From: Acaryochloris marina S15
Lineage (GTDB): Bacteria > Cyanobacteriota > Cyanobacteriia > Thermosynechococcales > Thermosynechococcaceae
Assembly (NCBI RefSeq): GCF_018336915.1
Contig: NZ_CP064923.1
Span: forward strand, 4,625,372-4,649,371
Direction: 5' to 3'
DNA: 24,000 nucleotides
The notes beneath the pieces are model-generated. The model was not told the origin of the DNA, made no database searches, and saw nothing but the letters and a program-made list of their open reading frames with translations. The translations under genes were made by a program, and so were the position numbers. Positions 14,714 to 23,657 of the stretch are shown here, piece after piece; positions within the stretch are counted from its first letter, which is position 1; the number at the start of each line of letters is the position of its first letter.

Positions 14714-15613
14714 TTAGATAGAAGCATAGAGCTGCTCTGCCAGGATAGAGATCTCATCTTCCATCGTTAGTAACTCTAGCCAATGGCTAGGTATACCCTG
14801 CACACCATAAAAAGCACCTGCCAATTGACCACAAATAGCAGCCGTAGTATCAGCATCATCCCCAAGATTGGTTGCTTGCAGAACCGCCTGTGCAAAAGTT
14901 TCTGTGGTCCAGAAACACCAAAGAGCCGCTTCTAGACTATCTACGACATAGCCAGAACCTCGAATATCTTCCAATGTTTTGCTTTGATAATCTCCCTTGG
15001 CTATAGCTTGTATCGAAGGAGAAATTATACCTGCTGGTTCTTGCTCCATAAGGATTTCAACTTTGCCAACTCCTGATAAGGCGCGAAAGAGCATATCACC
15101 AAATAATTGGCTGGCCTCAATACATTCTGTAGCCCCATGAGTGGTACGCGAACTTTCACCACATAGATACAAGGTGCGATCGCGATCTGGGTAGCAGAAC
15201 ATAGGTACTGGGGCCAATCGCATCAAACACCCATTCCCAGCTGATCTAGGGTGAGTAGAGCCACTGAAAAGGATATCTGTAGTCTTGTATTGCTCTAAAG
15301 CTTGCCTAACAGTATTTCCAATATCGAAACAGTCACCTGTACTGCTGAGATAGCCTTTTTCATACCAATCACAGTAGCGATTCATCTGATCTGCCGCGTC
15401 AAATTTACCTTTTTGAATCAGGCTAGTGGCAAGACATAAGGCCATTGAGGTATCGTCCGTCCATTGTCCTGGTTGCAGATGAAACGGACCGCCGCCCACC
15501 ATATCGGTGACGGGGGCAAAGGTTCCTCGCGGCTGAAACTCTACCGTTGTCCCAACGGCATCACCGACTGCCAACCCCAGTAAACATCCTCTGAATCGTT
15601 CGGATATATCCAT
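14714..15613 (-). CDS. ADP-ribosylglycohydrolase family protein (ARH/DraG-like)
   Basis: 299-aa ORF. The N-terminal RFRGCLLGLAVGDAVGTTVEF and the C-terminal LGDDADTTAAICGQLAGAFYG are the two metal-binding signature regions of the ARH family. Confidence 0.85.
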   Translation of the reverse strand: MDISERFRGCLLGLAVGDAVGTTVEFQPRGTFAPVTDMVGGGPFHLQPGQWTDDTSMALCLATSLIQKGKFDAADQMNRYCDWYEKGYLSSTGDCFDIGNTVRQALEQYKTTDILFSGSTHPRSAGNGCLMRLAPVPMFCYPDRDRTLYLCGESSRTTHGATECIEASQLFGDMLFRALSGVGKVEILMEQEPAGIISPSIQAIAKGDYQSKTLEDIRGSGYVVDSLEAALWCFWTTETFAQAVLQATNLGDDADTTAAICGQLAGAFYGVQGIPSHWLELLTMEDEISILAEQLYASI

Positions 15614-15787
15614 ACCTCACCCTTTCCGCTTACAGCCGCAAATTCACTGGAACAATCTACCTATCAAGATTGAGTATTCCTCTCCTTGCTGCGTTACCTA
15701 CTACTAAACCGAAAAAACACTCAAATCTGCAAACAACCTAATCTTGTTTCAGTGCTGGAGAATCTCTGCTAACATGAAAGCGCTTTA

Positions 15788-15861
15788 GGGCTTGTAGCTC
15801 AGTGGACTAGAGCACGTGGCTTCGGACCACGGTGTCGGGGGTTCGAATCCCTCCTGGCCCG
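15788..15861 (+). tRNA. tRNA-Arg, anticodon UCG
   Basis: Hand-folded cloverleaf: acceptor GGGCTTG/CTGGCCC, D arm GCTC-AGTGGACTA-GAGC, anticodon arm CGTGG-CTTCGGA-CCACG, variable GTGTC, T arm GGGGG-TTCGAAT-CCCTC, discriminator G. No CCA is encoded. The acceptor stem has one G-U pair and a U6-U67 mismatch. Confidence 0.85.
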
Positions 15862-15867
15862 TTTTTT

Positions 15868-15899
15868 AATTCACTCAAGTCAATGTGCTTGAGTGAATT
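15868..15899 (+). terminator. Rho-independent terminator-like hairpin after the tRNA
   Basis: Perfect 12-bp stem AATTCACTCAAG / CTTGAGTGAATT with the 8-nt loop TCAATGTG, followed by T-rich GTTGTTTCTTG. Confidence 0.6.
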
Positions 15900-15925
15900 G
15901 TTGTTTCTTGAGTTAGCCTCACAGT

Positions 15926-16570
15926 ATGGGTGTTCGCGTTCGGCAGCATGTTAATCCTCTGAGTCAAAAATTCCAGGATGCGATCTCACCCCCGGATTGG
16001 CCTGAGATCTTCGCCCAACCCAAGCAGCCTCTCTATTTAGATATTGGCTGTGCTCGCGGACAGTTTTTACTGGATATGGCCCAACTACGCCCCCATCACA
16101 ATTTCTTAGGGGTCGAAATTCGGCGGCTTATGGTTCAATCCGCCCTACAACAACGCGACGAATTACAGCTCAGCAATCTCCATTTTTTGTTCGGCAATAT
16201 TAATACGTCCCTCGACTCCCTAGTGGGTGCCCAATCAATTACCGGCGTCACGATCCAATTCCCTGACCCCTGGTTTAAACGCCGCCATCAGAAACGGCGG
16301 GTGGTTCAACCCGCATTGGTGAATGAGTTGGCCACTTGCCTCAAACCAGAAGGCCTACTGCTGATCCAATCGGATGTATTGGAAGTAGCGATTGAGATGT
16401 GCGATCGCATCGCCGAACACCCTGCCTTTACAGGAACGACGCCACTCTACCATTGGCTACCAGAGAGCCCTTTCCCCGCTGCCACAGAGCGGGAAAAGCT
16501 GACCTTATCAGAAGGGTTACCGGTCTACCGGTATTTATTTCAAAAGGGAGTCAAGACAGACTCTAAATGA
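15926..16570 (+). CDS. trmB: tRNA (guanine46-N7)-methyltransferase
   Basis: 214-aa ORF. It has the SAM-binding [10 protein letters not shown] and the hallmark [14 protein letters not shown]. Its 3' end overlaps the convergent glgC by 8 nt. Confidence 0.9.
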   Translation: MGVRVRQHVNPLSQKFQDAISPPDWPEIFAQPKQPLYLDIGCARGQFLLDMAQLRPHHNFLGVEIRRLMVQSALQQRDELQLSNLHFLFGNINTSLDSLVGAQSITGVTIQFPDPWFKRRHQKRRVVQPALVNELATCLKPEGLLLIQSDVLEVAIEMCDRIAEHPAFTGTTPLYHWLPESPFPAATEREKLTLSEGLPVYRYLFQKGVKTDSK

Positions 16571-17858
16571 TGGTGTTATCAGGAATCTCAGCATTCTTCA
16601 GCACCACAACGATACCGCTGCGAATGTAAAAGCCATGCTCTTCCTGATTAGATTCTTCAACATTGTCTTTATTGACAATCTTGACGTTGCGGCCAATCCG
16701 GGCATTTTTATCAATAATAGCGCGGCTGATTTTAGTATTTTCACCAATACCGATGGGAACGCTCCCTCCTCCTTGACTAGAGGCACGCTCAGCAAAGGGC
16801 TGATAATAGTCAGCACCCATCACTAAGGCATTGTCGAGGGTACAGCCTGATTCAACCCGCGATCGCACACCCAGTACTGAGCGATTAATCTGGCAATTCT
16901 TGATAATGCAGCCTTCCGCAATCATCGATTCCGTCACATGACAGTCTAGCTGCTTAGTAGGAGGCAAATAGCGAGAGCGGGTGTAAATCGGAGATTTCTC
17001 ATCATAAAAGCTAAAGGGAGGCTGAGGTTGGCGAGTTAAAGCCAAATTTGCCTCATAGAAAGCTTCAATGGTCCCAATATCTTCCCAATAATCATTAAAA
17101 AGATAGGCTTGGACATTGTAGTCCTTCGCTGAGCTAGGGATAATTTCCTTACCAAAGTCAGTGGAGTCAGGCGAATTCTTGAGCAGATCAATTAAGACAT
17201 CTTTCTTGAAGACATAAATGCCCATCGAAGCAATAAACGGCTTTTCTTGAGCTTCTTCTGGGGTCAGCCCGAGGGTGGTAGTATCCACCTTCATCCGTTC
17301 CAGTTCTTCACCTTGAGGCTTCTCACTAAAATCAACCACACGCCCAGTTGACTCATCAATCTTCATCAGGCCAAAGCTGGGGGCACGATAGGCATCAATG
17401 GGAAGCACCGACAGGGTAATATCTGCGTTCGTACTGCGATGGCGCTCAATAAATACGGTGTAGTCCATGCGATACAGATGATCTCCCGACAAAATTAGGA
17501 TTTCATCCACATCACGCTGTTCAGCAAACATCCACATGTATTGTCGAACGGCATCCGCTGTTCCTTGGAACCAATTGGGATTTTCAGGGGTTTGTTGAGC
17601 AGCAAGCACCTCAGCAAAACCATCGCTAAAGCTGGAGAAATGATAAGTTTGGGAAATGTGGCGGTTCAAAGACGCGGAGTTGAACTGCGTCATCACGTAA
17701 ATTTTGTTGATTTCCGAATTAATACAGTTACTCATCGGAATATCAATGAGGCGATACTTACCTGCCAAGGACACAGCAGGCTTTGCACGCTGTTTGGTAA
17801 GAGGATATAGGCGTGTACCAGCACCACCACCCAAAACAATTGCTAGAACTTTATTCAT
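16563..17858 (-). CDS. glgC: Glucose-1-phosphate adenylyltransferase (ADP-glucose pyrophosphorylase)
   Basis: 431-aa ORF. The N-terminus is [45 protein letters not shown], followed by [10 protein letters not shown] and a C-terminal left-handed beta-helix region. Length and sequence are typical of cyanobacterial and plant enzymes. Confidence 0.95.
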   Translation of the reverse strand: MNKVLAIVLGGGAGTRLYPLTKQRAKPAVSLAGKYRLIDIPMSNCINSEINKIYVMTQFNSASLNRHISQTYHFSSFSDGFAEVLAAQQTPENPNWFQGTADAVRQYMWMFAEQRDVDEILILSGDHLYRMDYTVFIERHRSTNADITLSVLPIDAYRAPSFGLMKIDESTGRVVDFSEKPQGEELERMKVDTTTLGLTPEEAQEKPFIASMGIYVFKKDVLIDLLKNSPDSTDFGKEIIPSSAKDYNVQAYLFNDYWEDIGTIEAFYEANLALTRQPQPPFSFYDEKSPIYTRSRYLPPTKQLDCHVTESMIAEGCIIKNCQINRSVLGVRSRVESGCTLDNALVMGADYYQPFAERASSQGGGSVPIGIGENTKISRAIIDKNARIGRNVKIVNKDNVEESNQEEHGFYIRSGIVVVLKNAEIPDNTII

Positions 17859-17969
17859 ACTTTAAATGACACCTTAACTGCCTATCGCCTCCACACTCCA
17901 GTGTCGGACGGTCCGTTACAGTTGACAAGGGCCAATTCGTTAAGAGCTATCAAAAGTCTTCGCAGTACT

Positions 17970-19360
17970 CCAACCATAGCTAAAAGCTTGGTTGGTGGTG
18001 TAGCGGAGTGTGACTGAAAGAAACAACCCTTCGGCAAAGCTCAGGAGCCTAAGTGCAGTATCTACACAGTAAATAGTATTATGTAGGCATGCTTAACATG
18101 ACCTGGGAATTCAAACTAGAACCCACTCCTGAGCAAGTTATAGAGATTGAACACACCTTAACGGTGTGTCGAAAAGTCTGGAACTTTGCTTTGCGTGAGC
18201 GTAAGGACTGGCTTAATTCTCGTAAATGCTCAGTGAATGCTTGTTCTCTTAGGCATGAGTACATCATGTCAGGTGATGAGCCATTTCCTAGTTATCACCT
18301 TCAAGCCAAACGTTTAACCCTTGCTAAGAAAAAGATTGCCGAACTCAAAAGCGTCAATGCTCAAATGCTTCAGCAAGTCTTGAGACAACTGGATGCATCC
18401 TGGGAGCGTTGGCTGACCAAGCAGTCGGGTCTACCTAGATTCAAAAACCAAGCTCGAATGCGAAGCTTTGTATTTCCTCAGATGCTCAAGCATCCTCTCA
18501 GTGTAAGAGGCATCAAGCTTCCGCAACTGGGCTGGGTCAAAGTGAGATGGTCTAGAGATATACCCCAGATATGCGAAGTCAAACAAGCTCGTATTGTCCG
18601 TAAGGCGTCGGGGTACTTTGTCATGTTGAGTTTACAGGCTGATGTGGATATTCCAGAGGTGCCCTTTCATGGCCATCCGGTGGGAGTTGATGTGGGATTG
18701 GAATACTTTCTATCTACTTCAGATGGCTTACAGATCAAACATCCTCGCTTTTTTAATGAGTTGCACCGCAAGCTGAAATTGCTGCAACGTAGACTCAAGA
18801 CCAAGCAAAAAGGGAGTACTAACCGGTCCAAACTGCTGAGGAAGATCGCCAGAGCTCATCAACGGATTGCCGACACTCGTAAGGACTGGCATTTCAAGAC
18901 CGCCCATCAGCTTTGTGACCAAGGAGATTCCATCTTCGTTGAAGACTTGGATTTCCGCATAATGGCGAAAGGGTTTTTGGGTAAACACACATTAGATGCT
19001 GGCCTTGGGCAATTCACTAACCAGATCCTTCCTTGGGTGTGCTGGAAGCGTGATGTTCATTATGGCAAGGTTGATCCAAGAGGAACTAGCCAGGAGTGTC
19101 CAGATTGTGGAGCAACGGTGAAAAAGGATTTGAGTGTCAGGATGTCTCACTGTTTAGAGTGCGGCTCAATTAAGCCGAGAGATATTGCGGCAGCTCAAGT
19201 GATTTGTACCCGTGGGCAACGGGGAATAGAAAATGCCTGTGGAGTCGAGGTGACGGGGGGTTCAGTAATGAATTCTAGTCAACTGGCTTTGAAGCAGGAA
19301 ATCTTTGGAGCGATCTAAAGAATCTCCTTGCATACCCGATAGGGCTGCTGGGAGAGGATG
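17970..19360 (+). mobile_element. Solo-tnpB IS200/IS605-type element (approximate extent; ends not resolved)
   Basis: tnpB is wedged between the glgC promoter region and the 3' end of the convergent acyltransferase gene. A strong hairpin at 17970-17995 could be the left-end structure. The right end must lie within about 40 nt after the tnpB stop, because the next gene ends at 19361. The boundaries are inferred, not demonstrated. Confidence 0.35.
18098..19318 (+). CDS. tnpB: TnpB (IS200/IS605-family OrfB; RuvC-type RNA-guided endonuclease)
   Basis: The N-terminus is MTWEFKLEPTPEQ. The RuvC triad contexts are VGVDVGLEYF (D), SIFVEDLDFRIM (E) and RDIAAAQVI (D). The zinc finger is CPDCG...HCLECG. 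The track starts 9 nt earlier, at ATG 18089. No tnpA is present in the window. Confidence 0.9.
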   Translation: MTWEFKLEPTPEQVIEIEHTLTVCRKVWNFALRERKDWLNSRKCSVNACSLRHEYIMSGDEPFPSYHLQAKRLTLAKKKIAELKSVNAQMLQQVLRQLDASWERWLTKQSGLPRFKNQARMRSFVFPQMLKHPLSVRGIKLPQLGWVKVRWSRDIPQICEVKQARIVRKASGYFVMLSLQADVDIPEVPFHGHPVGVDVGLEYFLSTSDGLQIKHPRFFNELHRKLKLLQRRLKTKQKGSTNRSKLLRKIARAHQRIADTRKDWHFKTAHQLCDQGDSIFVEDLDFRIMAKGFLGKHTLDAGLGQFTNQILPWVCWKRDVHYGKVDPRGTSQECPDCGATVKKDLSVRMSHCLECGSIKPRDIAAAQVICTRGQRGIENACGVEVTGGSVMNSSQLALKQEIFGAI

Positions 19361-20761
19361 TCAAGGTTCGATCACATTCAAATCTTCTAGGGCTGTCTGG
19401 ATAGATTGAGTCAACTCATCCACAGCCTTCCTGGCTCCCTTGCGGTTGGCACTATAGGTGGGCCACCGGTCCGTCACGGAAATAGGATCACTAATGGTCA
19501 GCTTCAAGGATTGGGTCCCTAGCTGTGGCGGAGAATGGGAATCGCCCCCTTGAAGGAAGGTGATAATTTTCCACATAATCAGAACAATCTCGGCAAATCG
19601 ATCTCCGGTCGGTTTCTCCAAAATATAGGTGCCATTCACCATGGTTAGCCGCTCAACCATCCGCATATGTCCAATTCGGAGACTCGCCTCTTGGGCTAAC
19701 CAATCCGCCATCCCCCGTTCAACAGGAGTCAGCTGATCCAAGTCTTGCCGATAAATGCGATCAAAACTCGCCTGCTCTAGACGCCGACAACGATCCACGA
19801 TCTCTCCTTTAGCCGTGAGACCAAAGTAGGATTCAGCAGCTTGCAGTGCGATATCTAATTGCTGTTTCAGTTGAAAGGCAAGTTTGGCATTGCGATCAGA
19901 GGGGTCATAGGGCACCGGCTCTATCTCTGGACGAGACAAATGGTAGTACTTGCTATAGAACCGATCCATTTCTACCAGAAGACACTCACCCAAGCGCAGC
20001 ACTCGACCATATAAAACATCTTTTTCAGGATCTTTGAGGAGGCCTGGCGGAGACACTTCAGCTGGCAATTCCATTTGAGCTTCCAGCTGATCCAGTAACT
20101 CTTTGATGGCTTGCCAAGGAGGAGAAACATAGCGATACCGAATCCGTAACGGCACAATGTAGACTGATTCCGACCGATTCGCTTTCTGCAAGTCTTCGAT
20201 ACACCAAAAGCCCATTTGGGCGACACCCGGCTCTAACGGACTCACCAACTCATTATGTTCATTGGTGCCTCCTTCTGGTGCGATGGCAATGGGATAAGGG
20301 CTATTGGCAAAGATTTCACGAGCTGCCCGCAAGCCCATCCGATCCGCTTTCCCCCTAAGAATCGGTGTCCCCCCCAATCTGGGGAATAACCAAGATACAA
20401 ATTCCCCTGCCCATAGGGGAATACCGCGGTCGTACATAAAGTGGCTGTAGGTAGGCCGCTTAAAGCGAATCCCTGTTTTGCGCGCTTCCTTGGGAACTAG
20501 CCGCCACAGCATATAAGACATGGCAAAGGGATCTTTGGTACTAGGATGCCGGAAGGCCATCAAGAACCGAGTATTACCGGCCTGAAACTCCTGGTACAGC
20601 TTGACTAAAACCTTTAAGTTTTCGGCTTCAACGGACGTAACAGAGAGCTTCCAGGGCATCCAGGCCGGTAACAGAAAACGGACGGTTTCTATCACCCAAG
20701 GCGTGAGACGTTGCGGAATAAATGCTAGAGGCGGTTGAGCTTTAGAAACGAACTTGGGCAA
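19361..20761 (-). CDS. PlsC-family acyltransferase (phospholipid/glycerol acyltransferase domain protein)
   Basis: 466-aa ORF. The HX4D motif is in AFRHPSTKDP and the motif-III-like sequence is IAPEGGTNEH. The first codon in the track is TTG (no nearby in-frame ATG), so the start is uncertain. Confidence 0.6.
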   Translation of the reverse strand: MPKFVSKAQPPLAFIPQRLTPWVIETVRFLLPAWMPWKLSVTSVEAENLKVLVKLYQEFQAGNTRFLMAFRHPSTKDPFAMSYMLWRLVPKEARKTGIRFKRPTYSHFMYDRGIPLWAGEFVSWLFPRLGGTPILRGKADRMGLRAAREIFANSPYPIAIAPEGGTNEHNELVSPLEPGVAQMGFWCIEDLQKANRSESVYIVPLRIRYRYVSPPWQAIKELLDQLEAQMELPAEVSPPGLLKDPEKDVLYGRVLRLGECLLVEMDRFYSKYYHLSRPEIEPVPYDPSDRNAKLAFQLKQQLDIALQAAESYFGLTAKGEIVDRCRRLEQASFDRIYRQDLDQLTPVERGMADWLAQEASLRIGHMRMVERLTMVNGTYILEKPTGDRFAEIVLIMWKIITFLQGGDSHSPPQLGTQSLKLTISDPISVTDRWPTYSANRKGARKAVDELTQSIQTALEDLNVIEP

Positions 20762-20845
20762 GGATAGCAGCTCCCTATTCAGGTTTGATTGATCACGCTA
20801 CCCTAAGAGAATAGCTTGTTTATCTTGGACTGCAAGACTGACTTT

Positions 20846-21538
20846 ATGGCCGAAACACCCCTACAGCGACCCACTACAACCGTTGTCTTGGCGATGAGTG
20901 CAGACGGCAAAATTGCCGATGCCCAACATTCTCCCCCTGAGTTTGGGTCTGCTGAAGATTATGCCCATTTAGAGCGACAGGTTGCGGCGGCTGATGGCAT
21001 ACTTTTTGGATCGGCCACCCTCAAAGCGGGGGAAACCGCTATGCGAGTGGTGACCCAAGATCTCATTAATGCTCGATTAGATCGGGGCCAGCCTGAACAA
21101 CCAGCCCAAATTGTCTGTACGCGTTCGGGGGATTTAGACCCCAACCTCAGATTCTTCCAACAAGCCGTTCCCCATTGGCTAGTCACCACCCAAGCGGGTG
21201 GGCAGTCCTGGCAAGAAAAATCCCATTTCGAGCAAATTTTCACTTATGAAACAGCTACCCAATCCATCGATTGGGCTCAGGCACTTGCAGCAATGGCCGC
21301 ATTAGGAATTCGCAACATAGCAGTCCTTGGAGGAGGCCAAATTGTGGCAGCCCTGTTAGCAGAAGATTTAATTGATGAGCTTCACCTAACTGTTTGCCCG
21401 ATCTTGCTTGGGGGGAAATCAACCCCCACCCCTGTCGCTGGCAAAGGCTGGCTACAACAAGATGCACCTTGGCTAGAGCTGCTTTCCGTTAAGCAAGTTG
21501 AGAACGAGTTATTTTTGCACTATCGTCGCCGTCGTTAG
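20846..21538 (+). CDS. RibD C-terminal domain / dihydrofolate-reductase-like reductase (diaminohydroxyphosphoribosylaminopyrimidine reductase-like)
   Basis: TTTVVLAMSADGKIAD, followed by GSATLKAGE and a C-terminal VLGGGQIVAALLAEDLIDELHLTVCPILLGG, fits the RibD_C pattern. The track start at 20816 is a TTG; the ATG at 20846 is preferred. Confidence 0.7.
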   Translation: MAETPLQRPTTTVVLAMSADGKIADAQHSPPEFGSAEDYAHLERQVAAADGILFGSATLKAGETAMRVVTQDLINARLDRGQPEQPAQIVCTRSGDLDPNLRFFQQAVPHWLVTTQAGGQSWQEKSHFEQIFTYETATQSIDWAQALAAMAALGIRNIAVLGGGQIVAALLAEDLIDELHLTVCPILLGGKSTPTPVAGKGWLQQDAPWLELLSVKQVENELFLHYRRRR

Positions 21539-21586
21539 CAAGCATTGACTAGAGCAATACTCTTAGTCTGGGTTTGCTAACTGCTA

Positions 21587-21916
21587 TTACTCTGAATCAG
21601 ACTCGTCTTCGTCTGATTCAGCAGCAGCGGGACCTTCATGCTTAAGGGTCAGATAGCGAATCACCTGTTCACTAATGCGCATTTCGCGTTCTAATTTTGC
21701 GATCGCATGTCCCAGACCGTTGTAGTTCATCTGGATATAGACGCCTTCACGGAAATTTTGGATCTCATAGGCCAACCGACGCTTGCCCCGGTGTTGAGTA
21801 TCAATTTCCTCAACCCCTTGTTCTTTCAGCAGGTCTTGATACTTATTAATCGCCTGATCCAACTGCTCTTCGCCTAAGTCTGGGCGCAGAATATACATCG
21901 TCTCGTAAGCAGTCAT
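21587..21916 (-). CDS. rpsF: 30S ribosomal protein S6
   Basis: 109-aa ORF beginning [18 protein letters not shown], with RRLAYEI further in and an acidic C-terminal tail ([10 protein letters not shown]). This is a classic S6 sequence. Confidence 0.95.
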   Translation of the reverse strand: MTAYETMYILRPDLGEEQLDQAINKYQDLLKEQGVEEIDTQHRGKRRLAYEIQNFREGVYIQMNYNGLGHAIAKLEREMRISEQVIRYLTLKHEGPAAAESDEDESDSE

Positions 21917-22087
21917 GAAATTTTCTCCTTATGGGCTTGAGGCTTCTTGTACACAGGTTTATATCTGCAGTGCATTGATCACGTACAGTTCAGATGCGTA
22001 AGAAGCAAGGATCTAGGATTCTAGCATTTAATGCCTGGCACGATACACTCTCTGTCCCCCTTCATCCAAGAAGCAATCAGAGAATAA

Positions 22088-22918
22088 CTAATCGGCAGAA
22101 AGGTTTAAGTCAGTGGTGATAGACCTAAAGCTAGGCCTTGCAAAATAATAGCCTTGAAATAGCTGAATATCCATTTGCTTGAGAATATTCAATTCTGCGT
22201 CAGTTTCAACCCCTTCTGCAATGGGTTCAATGGCTAACTCCCGACAGACTTGAATAATCCCTCTGACAATGGCTTGACGACCTTTATCTTGGTCAATATT
22301 GCGAATCAAAGCCATATCCAGCTTAATGAAATCTGGCTTAAAATCAGCGAGAAAATTCAAGCCAGAATAGCCAGCTCCAAAATCATCTAATGCTGTTTTA
22401 AACCCCAGTTTTTGATAATGCTCAATAATAGCCCGGACATGGGCATAGTCCTTAACCTTCTCAACTTCCGTTAATTCAAACAAAATTTTGTTGAGGGGGA
22501 AATTGTATTGTGTAGCCGTTTCAATGGTGGTGCGAATACAAAGATCGGGCTGATAGACTGCATTAGGGAGAAAATTGATACTGACCATTGACTGAATCCC
22601 CAACTCAGCCGCTAACTGAATCGCCCGAACTCGACAGGCTTGATCAAAGCGATATCGACTTTCATCCGTCACCTGCCCCAGAATACTCGCCGCAGACTCA
22701 TTATTAGGGCCACGCACTAGGGCTTCTTGAGCAAAAATAGTGCCATTACCCAAATTTACAATGGGTTGAAACGCCATTGTGAAGTCAAACTGCAGTTCGG
22801 GTGTACTCAGACATCCAGAACATCCCACTGACAAAGGTTCTTGATCCACCACGATAGTGTTTTTGAGACCACAGATGAAAAATTGAATCTTCCGCACATA
22901 GCGACGGCAGAAACTCAT
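22088..22918 (-). CDS. Stand-alone EAL-domain protein (predicted c-di-GMP phosphodiesterase)
   Basis: The catalytic signatures appear intact: QEALVRG, SINFLPN, ELTE, DDFGAGYSGL, KLD, EGVET and QGYYFARP. The short N-terminal extension is Cys-rich (CSGC). The track start is TTG at 22921; ATG at 22918 is preferred. Confidence 0.85.
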   Translation of the reverse strand: MSFCRRYVRKIQFFICGLKNTIVVDQEPLSVGCSGCLSTPELQFDFTMAFQPIVNLGNGTIFAQEALVRGPNNESAASILGQVTDESRYRFDQACRVRAIQLAAELGIQSMVSINFLPNAVYQPDLCIRTTIETATQYNFPLNKILFELTEVEKVKDYAHVRAIIEHYQKLGFKTALDDFGAGYSGLNFLADFKPDFIKLDMALIRNIDQDKGRQAIVRGIIQVCRELAIEPIAEGVETDAELNILKQMDIQLFQGYYFARPSFRSITTDLNLSAD

Positions 22919-23047
22919 CAAACCTAAATACAGAGAATCAAAATTTCAGCTATGTGCAGATATAGCTAGTGTGCCCCAAAAGAGTGGACTTTCCACATAC
23001 ACACAATCCATCAATATCTCTTTCTACAGCGTTAAACCGAGAAACGA

Positions 23048-23542
23048 TTAAATCTGCATATTGACTGCATTTGAAATAGCGGGAATTTCGGCATATTGGC
23101 CTTGAACCGTTTTAAATACGCTATAGGCAAAAATAGCGAAAATACCTAAGAAGATGGTGTTGAATAGCGTTTCAGTCAACAATGCAAGCTGAAGCCCTTG
23201 GCTAATGATCGGCAATACCAAGTTGCACACCATGAGTATGAGATCTAGCAAAATCGCTTGCAACACATTAAAGCGAATAAAACGACTAATATTTTCATTC
23301 CGAACGACGGCAAAAAACAATCCCATAAATAGGATTAAACCTGCAAACGGAATCAGGCGGATAAATTGGGCATAAATTTGTACAAGCGGAATGATGGGCA
23401 ATAGGCCAATGCTAGTCAGTGTCGGAAACTGGCGCATAATATATTGGCCATCACCGTAGACAATTGCATCCATCAGAGGCAGTAAATAAGGCAACGCGCC
23501 AAACACTCTTTCGGACCAAGGGGTTGAATCATCCCAACTCAT
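23048..23542 (-). CDS. Tic20-family membrane protein
   Basis: Four predicted TM helices. ALPYLLPLMDA and VVRNENISRFIRFNVLQAILLD match the Tic20 family hallmark. The track start at 23557 is a TTG; ATG at 23542 is preferred. Confidence 0.7.
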   Translation of the reverse strand: MSWDDSTPWSERVFGALPYLLPLMDAIVYGDGQYIMRQFPTLTSIGLLPIIPLVQIYAQFIRLIPFAGLILFMGLFFAVVRNENISRFIRFNVLQAILLDLILMVCNLVLPIISQGLQLALLTETLFNTIFLGIFAIFAYSVFKTVQGQYAEIPAISNAVNMQI

Positions 23543-23657
23543 TGCATTGTCTCCCAAATTATGGATTCACACCGTTTCATCAATGTAACGTATCTCCATT
23601 CCCGTTTTAGGAGATTCCACAAAAGAACTAACAATTGGCTGAAATCATTACCAGGGA

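Noticed and set aside
16563-16570. 8-nt convergent overlap of the trmB and glgC 3' ends
   Set aside because: Small convergent overlaps are common in compact bacterial genomes. No structure or additional signal was seen that would make it functionally notable.
873-21467. Numerous 60-99-aa track ORFs nested in or antisense to long genes. Starts: 873, 1534, 2595, 5888, 6387, 6484, 6906, 7096, 7196, 7702, 8241, 10293, 10498, 12154, 12245, 12850, 12983, 14149, 16598, 16635, 17541, 18079, 18728, 19846, 19972, 20959 and 21255.
   Set aside because: Each overlaps a longer ORF that has clear family signatures. Their translations are low-complexity or Arg/Ser/Cys-rich, typical of shadow frames. None has independent support.
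21917-22087. Possible S6:S18-type autoregulatory leader structure upstream of rpsF (21942-21948 pairs with 22000-22006, just 5' of the AAGGAG SD)
   Set aside because: Only a 7-bp core stem with a few extra wobble pairs could be found by eye. I cannot match it to the published rpsF leader consensus without a covariance-model scan, so it is not reported as a feature.
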